Positions 37,757-47,138 of a stretch of DNA of 64,000 nt are shown here, piece by piece. Each line of letters opens with the position of its first letter. Positions within the stretch are counted from its first letter, which is position 1. The translations under genes were made by a program, and so were the position numbers. The stretch spans positions 1 through 64,000 of the forward strand of contig CAXBQP010000004.1 of NCBI GenBank assembly GCA_963978095.1, written 5' to 3'. The stretch comes from an uncultured bacterium. Lineage in GTDB: Bacteria > Gemmatimonadota > Gemmatimonadetes > Gemmatimonadales > Gemmatimonadaceae. The notes beneath the pieces are model-generated. The model did no database searches. It was not told the DNA's origin and was given only the letters and a program-made list of their open reading frames with translations.

Positions 37757-40261
37757 ATGACCGACCACCCCGCGACCCCGGACGTCGCCAACGACGAACC
37801 GGCCGGCTACGACCCCGCCGTCGTCGAACGCACGTGGCGTGACCGCTGGCAACAGCGCGGCACCAACCGGGCGAAGGTCGCCGACGCGACGAAGCCCTTC
37901 TATGCGTTGCTGATGTTCCCGTATCCGTCCGCGGAGGGTCTCCATGTCGGGAACCTGTTCGCGTTCACGGGCAACGACATCTACGCGCGCTTCCAGCGGC
38001 TGCAGGGATTCGACGTCTTCGAGCCGTTCGGCTTCGACGCCTTCGGCATTCACTCGGAGAACTATGCGTTGAAGGTCGGGGTGCATCCGACCGAGATGAT
38101 CCCGCGCAACGTCGCGAACTTCACGCGTCAGGTGCAGCGGGCGGGGATCATGGTGGACTGGGACCGGACGGTCGACACGACGGATCCGTCATACTACAAG
38201 TGGACCCAGTGGGTCTTCCTCCAGCTGTACAAACAGGGACTCGCGTTCAAGAAGAAGGCCGCGGTCAACTGGTGCCCGACCGACAAGACGGTGCTCGCCA
38301 ACGAGCAGGTCGAAGGGGGCAAGTGCGAACGCTGCGGCGCCGAGGTGGAACAGCGGTTCCTCGCACAGTGGTTCTTCCGCATCACCGACTACGCCGAGCG
38401 CCTGCTCCATAATATCGACGGGCTCGACTGGTCGAACACGACCCGCACGGCGCAGCGTACCTGGATCGGGAAATCCGAGGGGGCGGAGCTCACGTTCCGC
38501 GTCGTGAATCCCCTCGAAGGAGCGGGAAGTGCCGCCGTGCACGAGACGTCCGAGACGATGGCGTCGCACGGGATCACGGTCTTCACGACCCGCCCCGACA
38601 CCATTTTCGGGGCCACCTATCTGGTGCTCTCGCCGGAGCATCCGCTGCTCGACGTCATCACGAGCGAGGGACAGCGCGACGCCGTCGCGGCGTATCGGCT
38701 TCAGGCGTCCAAGCAGGATCTGATCACGCGCAAGACGACCAAGACCAAGACGGGGGTCTTCACCGGTGCGTATGCCGCCAACCCGGCCACGGGCGCACTG
38801 ATCCCGGTCTGGACCGCCGACTACGTCCTGATGGAGTACGGCACGGGGGCCATTATGGCGGTCCCGGGGCACGACGAACGGGATTTCGAGTTCGCGCGGG
38901 TGTTCGATCTGCCGATCGTGCGTGTGGTGGCCGGCAAGGGCCAGGACGGGCACACGCCGCTGGTCGAGGCGTACACCGATGACGCCGACGCACGCCTCGT
39001 GAACAGTCAGCAGTTCAACGACTGCCCCGTGGATGAGGCGAAACGCGAAGTGACCGCGTGGCTCGAAGCGAAATCGGCGGGCAAGGCGGTCGTCAACTAT
39101 CGTCTGCACGATTGGTGCATCTCGCGGCAGCGCTATTGGGGACCGCCGATCCCGATCATCTACTGCGACAGCTGCGGGACCGTTCCCGTGCCGGAGTCCC
39201 AGTTGCCGGTGTTGCTCCCCAACATCCCCGACTTCAAGCCGGATGACTCGGGGATCTCGCCGCTCGCACGCCACGCCGAGTGGTTCCATGTGCCGTGTCC
39301 GACGTGCGGCAAGCAGGCGCGGCGTGAGACCGACGTCTCCGACACCTTCCTCGACAGCGGCTGGTACTTCCTGCGCTATCCCAGCGTCGGTCGTGATGAT
39401 GTACCGTTCGATCGGGCGACCACCCGGAAGTGGCTCCCGGTCAACTCGTACATCGGCGGCAACGAGCACGCGGTGCTGCACCTGCTGTACTCGCGCTTCC
39501 TGACGATGGTGATGAAGGACGCCGGGCACCTGGACTTCGAGGAACCCTTCACGAAGTTCCGCGCCCACGGCATGATCATCCGCGATGGCGCCAAGATGTC
39601 GAAATCGAAGGGGAATATCGTCAACCCCGACGAGTACATCGACGCCTGGGGTGCGGACACGTTCCGCACCTACCTGATGTTCCTCGGACCGTTCGAGGAG
39701 GGGGGCGATTTCCGTGATGCCGGGATCAGCGGGGTGAAGCGGTTCCTCGACCGCCTCTGGAAGTCGGTGCACGCTGCCGCCACCGAGGGGACAGCCGACG
39801 TCGAGGTGATGCGCGCGCTCCATGCCACGATCAAGAAGGTCGGCGAGGATGTCCCGAAGCTCTCCTACAACACCGCCATCGCGGCGATGATGGAGTACAT
39901 GAACGTGCTGCGTCGTGGTGAGCGCCGCCCGCATCGCGACGAAGTGTTGCCGGTGGTGCAGCTCGTTGCCCCGTTCGCGCCGCATATCGCCGAGGAACTC
40001 TGGTCGGTCCTGGGACACGCGCAGAGCGTCTTCGATTCGGGATGGCCGAGCTTCGACCCGGCGATGATCGGCGGCGAGACCGTCACGGTCGCCGTACAGA
40101 TCGGCGGCAAGACGCGCGGCACCGTGCTGGTGGCCAAGACCGCCACGCAGGACGACGTCCACCGTGCAGCGATGGCGGATCCCGCGATCGCCAAGTTCGT
40201 GACCGGAACGCCGCGGAAGATCGTGTTCGTGCCGGGCCGTCTGCTGAGCATCGTACTCTGA
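37757..40261 (+). CDS. leuS: Leucine--tRNA ligase
   Basis: MFPYPS, HIGH-variant LHVGN, TTRPDT and GTGAIMAVPGHD editing domain, WCISRQRYWG, KMSKS. Confidence 0.97.
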   Translation: MTDHPATPDVANDEPAGYDPAVVERTWRDRWQQRGTNRAKVADATKPFYALLMFPYPSAEGLHVGNLFAFTGNDIYARFQRLQGFDVFEPFGFDAFGIHSENYALKVGVHPTEMIPRNVANFTRQVQRAGIMVDWDRTVDTTDPSYYKWTQWVFLQLYKQGLAFKKKAAVNWCPTDKTVLANEQVEGGKCERCGAEVEQRFLAQWFFRITDYAERLLHNIDGLDWSNTTRTAQRTWIGKSEGAELTFRVVNPLEGAGSAAVHETSETMASHGITVFTTRPDTIFGATYLVLSPEHPLLDVITSEGQRDAVAAYRLQASKQDLITRKTTKTKTGVFTGAYAANPATGALIPVWTADYVLMEYGTGAIMAVPGHDERDFEFARVFDLPIVRVVAGKGQDGHTPLVEAYTDDADARLVNSQQFNDCPVDEAKREVTAWLEAKSAGKAVVNYRLHDWCISRQRYWGPPIPIIYCDSCGTVPVPESQLPVLLPNIPDFKPDDSGISPLARHAEWFHVPCPTCGKQARRETDVSDTFLDSGWYFLRYPSVGRDDVPFDRATTRKWLPVNSYIGGNEHAVLHLLYSRFLTMVMKDAGHLDFEEPFTKFRAHGMIIRDGAKMSKSKGNIVNPDEYIDAWGADTFRTYLMFLGPFEEGGDFRDAGISGVKRFLDRLWKSVHAAATEGTADVEVMRALHATIKKVGEDVPKLSYNTAIAAMMEYMNVLRRGERRPHRDEVLPVVQLVAPFAPHIAEELWSVLGHAQSVFDSGWPSFDPAMIGGETVTVAVQIGGKTRGTVLVAKTATQDDVHRAAMADPAIAKFVTGTPRKIVFVPGRLLSIVL

Positions 40262-41046
40262 TGCGCCGGCCCACTGGTGCTGCCCGGCTGGCGGCCGTCC
40301 TGCTCGCGCTCGTGCCGGCAGCGCTTGCGGCCCAGGCCAATCCACTCGGCGACTGGCCGCAGCACTCCAAGGCGCGCCCGCGTCCCCCTGTCGTCGCCCC
40401 CGGCACGGGCGCACTGCCGGTGCCGCCGCCGGCCGACGCGATCGTGCTCTTTGACGGCAAGAACCTCGACGAGTGGCAGAAGGGCGACAGTACGCCGGCG
40501 CAGTGGCGTCTCGTGGAGGGTCAGGCGATGCAGGTCACCGCAGGGAAGGGAGGAATCGAAACGAAACGACGCTTCGGCGATGCGCAGCTGCATATCGAAT
40601 GGGCCTCACCGAAGCCGGCGAAGGGCACCGATCAGGACCGAGGCAACAGCGGGGTGTTCTTCCAAGGCCGATACGAGGTGCAAGTGCTCGACTCGTACGG
40701 CAACGACACCTACCCCGATGGACAGGCCGCCGCGATCTACGGGCAATATCCGCCGCTCGTCAATGCGAGCCGCGCCCCGGGCGAGTGGCAGAGCTACGAC
40801 ATCATCTTCCGCCGGCCGCGCTTCGACGCCTCAGGAGCACTCCTGGCCCCCGCGCGTTTCACGGTGTTCCACAACGGGGTGCTGGTGCAGGATCACGTCG
40901 CCCCCGTGGGGCCGACGGCACACACGACGCGTCCGCCGTACGAAGCACATGCCGACCGGCTTCCGATCGGTTTGCAGGACCACGGACATCCCGTGCGCTT
41001 CCGGAACATCTGGATCCGCGATCTCGAGCCGTCCCGCAATCCTTAA
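40261..41046 (+). CDS. Secreted DUF1080 (3-keto-disaccharide hydrolase family) protein
   Basis: TGATG overlap with leuS, signal peptide, LFDGKNL, GNSGV, YEVQVLD, LQDHG, FRNIWIR. Confidence 0.9.
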   Translation: MRRPTGAARLAAVLLALVPAALAAQANPLGDWPQHSKARPRPPVVAPGTGALPVPPPADAIVLFDGKNLDEWQKGDSTPAQWRLVEGQAMQVTAGKGGIETKRRFGDAQLHIEWASPKPAKGTDQDRGNSGVFFQGRYEVQVLDSYGNDTYPDGQAAAIYGQYPPLVNASRAPGEWQSYDIIFRRPRFDASGALLAPARFTVFHNGVLVQDHVAPVGPTAHTTRPPYEAHADRLPIGLQDHGHPVRFRNIWIRDLEPSRNP

Positions 41047-41054
41047 CGCGCTGC

Positions 41055-42182
41055 CTAGAGCGCTTTCGCGATCCACTCGCCGACGTAGTACCCCACCGCC
41101 GCGACGCCCAGCCCGACCACGAACATGTCCATGCCGGAGCGGATCACCCCGCGTCCGGTGAAGACGCTGCGCATGGCGCCGACGAGGAAGTGACTTCCCA
41201 TCGCGAGCGCGAAGCTCACCCAGATCGCGGACGCCCCACTCAGGAGGATGAACGGCGCGACCGGGATGAAGGAGCCGATCGCCGTGGCCACCCCCGTGAT
41301 CCACGCCTCGCGCATCGGGGAGCCCGGGTCGCCGCTGATCTTCAACTCCTCCTGGACCTGCTCCGCGAGCATCCGCTCCGGATCGGCCATCACCTCCGTC
41401 GCGAGCGCATGCGCCTGATCCTTGTGCATGCCCTTCATCTCGTAGATCAGCGCCAGCTCATCACGCTCCACCTCGGGCATCAGCGCGATCTCGTCCTTCT
41501 CCATCGCGATCTCGTTGAGATACACCTCGTGCTGGCTCTTGGCGGCCAAATAGCCGCTCGAGCCCATGGACAACGAGTTCGCAACGATCCCGGCGACGCC
41601 GGCCACGATCACCGCGTGGTGCTGCTCCGCAATGGTCGCACCGATCACCCCGGCCGCGAGGCCGAAGTTCGCCGTGAGGCCGTCGTTGAACCCGTACACA
41701 ATGTTGCGTAGCAATCCCCCCGATTCCGTCTTGTGCCACGGCTCGGCGTGCTTCCCCGCAAGGTGCGCGATCTCGGCGGCGTGCGCCTTGGACTCGCGGG
41801 CGAGCAACAAGGCTTCGTTGCCGCCGGCCGCTCCTTTGGGCGTCGCGCGATGCATGTCGAGATACGCCTTCACTTCGCGCCCTTCCTCGCTCAGCAACAT
41901 CGGCAGGAGGAAGCTTGGGCCGAATCGGCGCCCAAGGAATGCGAGAAGCCGCGCGCGGCCGGTGGGGCGGAATGTGCGCACGGCGCCGCCGTTCTGACGG
42001 ATCAGATCCGCCCAGATCGTGACGTGGCGGTCCTCGACGTCGGCGAGGCGACGGAACACATCAGCCTTCGCCGCGTCGGGCTCCAAGGTGGCGAGCAACC
42101 GGTACAGGTAGGCGGCATCCGCCTCATCCTGCCAGTGATGCTCGAACGCGTGCAAGTCGACGGGGTGCTGAAGAGCGTTCAT
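41055..42182 (-). CDS. VIT1/CCC1 iron transporter with N-terminal rubrerythrin/ferritin-like domain
   Basis: N-terminal QDE...EDRH...EE...ESKAH carboxylate pattern; VYGFNDGL, SMGSSGYLA (VIT1). Confidence 0.88.
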   Translation of the reverse strand: MNALQHPVDLHAFEHHWQDEADAAYLYRLLATLEPDAAKADVFRRLADVEDRHVTIWADLIRQNGGAVRTFRPTGRARLLAFLGRRFGPSFLLPMLLSEEGREVKAYLDMHRATPKGAAGGNEALLLARESKAHAAEIAHLAGKHAEPWHKTESGGLLRNIVYGFNDGLTANFGLAAGVIGATIAEQHHAVIVAGVAGIVANSLSMGSSGYLAAKSQHEVYLNEIAMEKDEIALMPEVERDELALIYEMKGMHKDQAHALATEVMADPERMLAEQVQEELKISGDPGSPMREAWITGVATAIGSFIPVAPFILLSGASAIWVSFALAMGSHFLVGAMRSVFTGRGVIRSGMDMFVVGLGVAAVGYYVGEWIAKAL

Positions 42183-42230
42183 GCGTGGAATATGGAGGCT
42201 GGTTGCCCCGCGTGGCGACAGTAGGGTTCG

Positions 42231-44225
42231 CTAGAAATCGATCTGCGTTCCGAGCTCGACGACGCGGTTCGCCGGCAACTTGAAGAACTCGGAGGCGCTG
42301 CGCGCATTCTTGGACATCAGGACAAAAAGTCGCTTGCGCCAGATATTCATGGTCAGACCGCCTTCCCGCCACGGCATGACGTCGGGGAGCAGCAGCTCGC
42401 GGCCGAGATAGAAGCTCGTCGCGAGGGGACGCGTCTTGATCCCCTGCCGCCGCATCAGTTCGAGCACCTCGTTCACATCCGGCAACTCCATGAATCCGTA
42501 GCGCGCGACCGCACGGACGAAGCCGGCATCCAGCACCTCGATCGTCACGCGCTCGTCGTTCGCAACCTCGGGGACCTCCTCCGTGATGATGGAGAGGAGG
42601 ATCACCTGCTTGTGCAGGACCTGATTGTGCTTGAGGTGATGCAGGAGTACGACCGGGGCGCCGGCGGACACCGACGTCATGAAGACCGCCGTTCCCGGCA
42701 CGCGCGGGATGCTGGGCGTGACCGACGACTTGAGGAAATCCTCCAGCGGCATCGTGATCGACTGCAACCGCTCACGCAGGATCGCCCGTCCCCGTTTCCA
42801 GGTGGTCATCAGGGCGAACAGCGCGATCGCAATCACGAGCGGCACCCATCCGCCATGTCCGATCTTCAGCGCGTTGGCGCCCAGGAAGGCGAGATCCATG
42901 GCCAGGAACGCCACTGCGAGCGACATGGCCTGCCACAGGGGCCAGTTCCAGCGCGCGGCCGCGACCACCAGGAAGAGCAAGGTGGTGATCGCCATCGTAC
43001 CGGTCACCGCGATCCCATACGCCGCGCCCAGCGCGCTCGACGTCTTGAAGCCGAGCACCACCGCCACGCAGCTGACCATCAGCGCGTAGTTGATGTCGGG
43101 AATGAAGATCTGTCCGGCTTCCTGTTTGGACGTATGCGTGATCTTCATGCGGGGGCTGTAGCCAAGCTGGATGCACTGCTGCGTCAACGAAAACGCCCCG
43201 GAGATCAATGCCTGGCTCGCGATGATCGCGGCAGCCGTGGCGATCGCGATCAACGGATACAACATGGCGCGCGGCGCCAGCAGATAGAACGGATTTTCGA
43301 CGGCCGACGGCACGCGCAACACGAGCGCCCCCTGCCCGAAATAGTTCAGCAACAGACAGGGGAAGACGAACCAGAACCACGCCAAACGAATCGGCTTCTT
43401 CCCGAAGTGCCCCATGTCGGCGTACAGCGCCTCGGCGCCGGTCACTGCCAGCACCACGGCGCCGAGCAACACGAACGCCGCCCACCCCTTGTGCATCACG
43501 AACGTGATGGCGTACATCGGGTTCACCGCCGCAAGAATCGCCGGCGACGCCATGATCTCGTGCAATCCGGTCGCCGCGATCACCGAGAACCAGATCAACA
43601 TCAATGGGCCGAAGAACGCCCCCACCCGGGCCGTCCCGAACTTCTGCATGAAGAACAGCCCGAAGAGCACGACGATCGTGACCGGGATGATGACGCTTTC
43701 GAAGTTCGGCGAGACGATCTCCAGTCCTTCCATGGCGCCCAGCACGGAGATCGCCGGCGTGATGACGCCGTCGCCGTACAGCAGCGCGGCTCCGAACAAG
43801 CCGAGCACGATGAGCAGGAACCGTCGCTGCTTGCGCGCCGTGTCCTTGCCGATGATCAACGCCAGCATGGCGAGGATCCCGCCCTCGCCGCGATTGTCGG
43901 CGCGCATCACGAAGACGATGTACTTGAGGCTCACGACCAAGGTCAACGCCCAGACGATCAGCGAGAGCACGCCGTAGACGTTCTCGGCAGACGGCGTCAG
44001 CCCGTACTCGGGCTTGAAGCACTCACGAAAGGCGTAGAGCGGGCTGGTGCCGATGTCGCCGTAGACGACGCCGAGCGCCGTCAGCGTGAGGATCGCGAGC
44101 CGCCGGCCTGTCGGATTGGACTCGACATGCTCGCGCTGGTGCGGGATGGGGCGCATCGCCGTCACGCCGGTCGATGGCGTGGGGTGCGGCGCGGTATCGT
44201 GTGCTGATGGAGGTTCGGACGACAT
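42231..44225 (-). CDS. kup: KUP/HAK/KT potassium transporter
   Basis: GVVYGDIGTSPLY, DNRGEGG, TPAISVL, EALYADMGHF, VELG. Confidence 0.96.
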   Translation of the reverse strand: MSSEPPSAHDTAPHPTPSTGVTAMRPIPHQREHVESNPTGRRLAILTLTALGVVYGDIGTSPLYAFRECFKPEYGLTPSAENVYGVLSLIVWALTLVVSLKYIVFVMRADNRGEGGILAMLALIIGKDTARKQRRFLLIVLGLFGAALLYGDGVITPAISVLGAMEGLEIVSPNFESVIIPVTIVVLFGLFFMQKFGTARVGAFFGPLMLIWFSVIAATGLHEIMASPAILAAVNPMYAITFVMHKGWAAFVLLGAVVLAVTGAEALYADMGHFGKKPIRLAWFWFVFPCLLLNYFGQGALVLRVPSAVENPFYLLAPRAMLYPLIAIATAAAIIASQALISGAFSLTQQCIQLGYSPRMKITHTSKQEAGQIFIPDINYALMVSCVAVVLGFKTSSALGAAYGIAVTGTMAITTLLFLVVAAARWNWPLWQAMSLAVAFLAMDLAFLGANALKIGHGGWVPLVIAIALFALMTTWKRGRAILRERLQSITMPLEDFLKSSVTPSIPRVPGTAVFMTSVSAGAPVVLLHHLKHNQVLHKQVILLSIITEEVPEVANDERVTIEVLDAGFVRAVARYGFMELPDVNEVLELMRRQGIKTRPLATSFYLGRELLLPDVMPWREGGLTMNIWRKRLFVLMSKNARSASEFFKLPANRVVELGTQIDF

Positions 44226-44334
44226 GGGGTGCGAAAACGGGTCGCGGACAATCCGCGACCCGTCTGGGAAATGTAGTGCCGGCCCCCGCAGAGTCCACCG
44301 GCAAGCGGCGCGCGGTACCTACGGGCGGGCGGTG

Positions 44335-44931
44335 CTACTGGCGCGCCACCAACGCATCGAGGTCGCTCGCCGCCCGCCGGAGGATGGCAACGGCCGCATC
44401 AACCAGCGTCGCGTTGGCATTTCGGTGCATCGTCATCTGGACGTAACTCCGGCCGAGCGCGGCCATGGCGTCGTGCGCCGGACGCATCTGCTCCCCGAAA
44501 ATCGACGCGCCAAGCTGCCCGAGACGCTCCAGGACATCATCGACGGTGCTCCGGTTGTCGGCGAGGTACGCGCGCCCCGCGTCGGTGATCGCATACACCT
44601 TCTTGCCGCCATCCACGGGCGTGACGGAAGCGTAGCCCATGTCCTCGAGCAGTGTGAGCGTCGGATAGACGGTCCCGGGGCTCGGGGAGTAGCGACCGCC
44701 GGAGCGCTCCTCGAGATCCTTGATGATCTCGTACCCGTGACGCGGCTTGTCGGCCAGCAACTGCAGAATGACGAACTTGAGGTCCCCCTGCTCGAACATC
44801 CGCCCACCGCGCGGACCTCCGCGTCGCGGGCCGAATCCGAACCAGAACGGGCCGGTGCCGAGATCCCCCTTCCAATCCCAGCCCCGTCCCGCCCCTTGGC
44901 ACTGCCGGGGCCCGCACGATCGTTTCCACAT
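44335..44931 (-). CDS. PadR family transcriptional regulator (YqjI-like)
   Basis: GDLKFVILQLL, PRHGYEII, PSPGTVYPTL, KKVYAIT. Confidence 0.92.
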   Translation of the reverse strand: MWKRSCGPRQCQGAGRGWDWKGDLGTGPFWFGFGPRRGGPRGGRMFEQGDLKFVILQLLADKPRHGYEIIKDLEERSGGRYSPSPGTVYPTLTLLEDMGYASVTPVDGGKKVYAITDAGRAYLADNRSTVDDVLERLGQLGASIFGEQMRPAHDAMAALGRSYVQMTMHRNANATLVDAAVAILRRAASDLDALVARQ

Positions 44932-44950
44932 GACTATTTTCTCCGAAAAG

Positions 44951-44980
44951 ACATATCGTAAGTTATATCGCGATATATCG
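44951..44980. promoter_or_regulatory. AT-rich palindromic operator upstream of padR
   Basis: Palindrome TATATCGCGATATA (44964-44977) overlapping CGATATATCG (44971-44980), plus an extra ATATCG half-site. Confidence 0.6.
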
Positions 44981-45095
44981 TTGCGCAAGGCTGGTCTGGC
45001 CTCCAGTGGCGACCATTCGGCGGTCACGGGATATTGAAGAGCACCCCCTCGCGACGACGCGCGCACGCGCGCCGTCTCATGTCACTCGTGGTCGA

Positions 45096-45851
45096 ATGTT
45101 CGACGTCCTGATCGAATCACGCGGCCTCCGTGGGCCGCGACCTCTGATCTCCTCGGCCCTGAGCCTCGCAGCGCACGCGCTGTTGCTCCTGGGCTCGGCC
45201 TCGGGCGCGCACTTCCTGTTCGACCGCGGGGACGCCCCGCGCGACCGCGAGGTGCTGACCGAGTTGGTGCGATACCTCGCTCCACCAGACCGTCATGCCG
45301 CGCCGTACTCCGATCGACTCCGTTTCGCGACCGCGGCCGGAGGCTCGACGGCGGCCGGCATTCTCGAGGGGCACACGCGAACCATCGCCGACAACGGGTT
45401 GGTCGGCACTGGGGCTCCGGGACGCAACACCGCGAGCGAGACGAGCGAAGCCCCGTTGGCAACGCCCGAGCGGTCCACGGAGGCCTTCACTGTCGTGGAG
45501 GTCGACAGCGCGGCCGTCCGCGATCCGGAATCGGCGTCACCGGAATATCCCAAATCGCTCATCGAAAAAGGGATCGAAGGCTACGCGGCGGTACGGTTCG
45601 TGGTGGACTCGACCGGCCGGGTCGAGATGAACACGGTGCAGGTGATCGATGCGACGCACAACGATTTCGCCACCGCGGTGAAGGATGCCATGCCGCGGAT
45701 GCGTTTCCGTCCGGCCCGCATCGGAACGACCGCGGTCCGCCAGCTCTCGGAGCAGCTCTTCAAGTTCGAGATCAAGGTCGTTGCGGGTGGCGCGGCGCTC
45801 CCACCCAAGAAGCCGGCGGCTCCGCCACCGCTTCTCCGTTCCCCGTCGTAA
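45096..45851 (+). CDS. Energy transducer TonB family protein
   Basis: N-terminal SxxxH TM anchor (SLAAH); C-terminal PEYP...GIEG...FVVDSTG...FRPA. Confidence 0.85.
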   Translation: MFDVLIESRGLRGPRPLISSALSLAAHALLLLGSASGAHFLFDRGDAPRDREVLTELVRYLAPPDRHAAPYSDRLRFATAAGGSTAAGILEGHTRTIADNGLVGTGAPGRNTASETSEAPLATPERSTEAFTVVEVDSAAVRDPESASPEYPKSLIEKGIEGYAAVRFVVDSTGRVEMNTVQVIDATHNDFATAVKDAMPRMRFRPARIGTTAVRQLSEQLFKFEIKVVAGGAALPPKKPAAPPPLLRSPS

Positions 45852-45855
45852 TGCA

Positions 45856-45892
45856 CGAGCGGCGCGGGAGCATCAATCTCCCGCGCCGCTCG
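45856..45892. terminator. Perfect 15-bp hairpin between convergent tonB and permease genes
   Basis: CGAGCGGCGCGGGAG-catcaat-CTCCCGCGCCGCTCG. Confidence 0.7.
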
Positions 45893-45915
45893 GAATCTTG
45901 CCGTCGCCCCGCGAG

Positions 45916-47136
45916 TTATTCGTAGCGCAGCGCCACGATCGGATCGAGTCCGGCGGCCCGACGCGCGGGGTACACCCCGAACACGACGCCGACGAACGCC
46001 GAGAACCCGAAGGCCACAATCACGCTCGAGAGCCCGACCTCGGTGTTCCAGCCGAAGAACTTGCTGAACGCCATCGCACCACCGGCTCCGACGAGGATGC
46101 CGAGCATGCCGCCAAGCAGGCAGAGCACGACCGCCTCGATCAGGAACTGGAAGAGGATGTTCATCTTGGTCGCGCCGAGCGCCTTGCGGACGCCAATCTC
46201 GCGCGTGCGCTCCGTGACCGACACCAGCATGATGTTCATGATGCCGATGCCGCCGACGACCAGCGACACCGCCGCGATGCCCGCGAGCAGGAGGCTGAAC
46301 ACGGCGGTGGTCTCGCCGAGCGTGTTCAGGAAGTCCGACTGGTTGCGAATCTGGAAGTCGTCATCCTTGCCGGCGCGCAGCTTGTGCTCGCGGCGCAGGA
46401 TCTTCTGGATGTCGCCCATGGTCTCGGGAATCTCTTCCTCTGACGGCGCGAGCACGCTGATCGAACGCACGCGATTGGTTCCCAGGACCCGGAACCGTGC
46501 CGTCTGCACAGGGAGCAGGATCTGGTCGTCGGGATTCGAGAACGCGCTTGCCTGTCCCTTGGACTTGAAGACGCCGACGACGGTGAATTGGATGCCGCGG
46601 ATGCGGATCTGCTCACCGACGATCGCTTCATTGCTCTGCAGGCCGAGATTCTGCACCACGGTCGGGCCCAGGACCGCCACGCGCTGGCGCGTCTGATCCT
46701 CGGTGTTGGTGAAGAAGCGACCGGTTTCGATCTCGTACTTGCGCACCTGCGGATAGTTGGACGTCGTGCCGACGATCGAGGTGCTGGTGTTCTTGTTGAG
46801 GAACTGGACCTGCAGGTTCCCGTTGATCTCGGGCTGGACGGCGGCGATCTTCTCGCCGCGATCCACGAGCGCCTTGGCATCGTCCAGCGTCAGCTTGGCG
46901 CCGCCACCGCCCGTGCGCACACCGCCCGTCATCGCCTGACCGGGGTTCACGGTCAGCAACGTCGTCCCGAGCGCCGCAATGCGGTCGTTCACCTGCTTTT
47001 GGGCGCCGCGGCCGAGCGCTACGACCGCGATCACCGCCGACACGCCGATCACGATGCCGAGCATCGTGAGGAGCGAGCGGAGCTTGTTCGCGCGGAGTGC
47101 GCCCAGGGCAACGCGGATGGTTTCGCCGATGAGCAT
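45916..47136 (-). CDS. MacB/FtsX-type ABC transporter permease (no NBD)
   Basis: RSLLTMLGIVIG, VGGIGIMNIMLVSVTERTREIG, DPIVALRYE. Confidence 0.95.
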   Translation of the reverse strand: MLIGETIRVALGALRANKLRSLLTMLGIVIGVSAVIAVVALGRGAQKQVNDRIAALGTTLLTVNPGQAMTGGVRTGGGGAKLTLDDAKALVDRGEKIAAVQPEINGNLQVQFLNKNTSTSIVGTTSNYPQVRKYEIETGRFFTNTEDQTRQRVAVLGPTVVQNLGLQSNEAIVGEQIRIRGIQFTVVGVFKSKGQASAFSNPDDQILLPVQTARFRVLGTNRVRSISVLAPSEEEIPETMGDIQKILRREHKLRAGKDDDFQIRNQSDFLNTLGETTAVFSLLLAGIAAVSLVVGGIGIMNIMLVSVTERTREIGVRKALGATKMNILFQFLIEAVVLCLLGGMLGILVGAGGAMAFSKFFGWNTEVGLSSVIVAFGFSAFVGVVFGVYPARRAAGLDPIVALRYE

Positions 47137-47138
47137 GA

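Noticed and set aside
37930..37960. LeuS HIGH motif reads HVGN
   Set aside because: A minor class I motif variant; all other motifs are intact, so there is no evidence of altered function.
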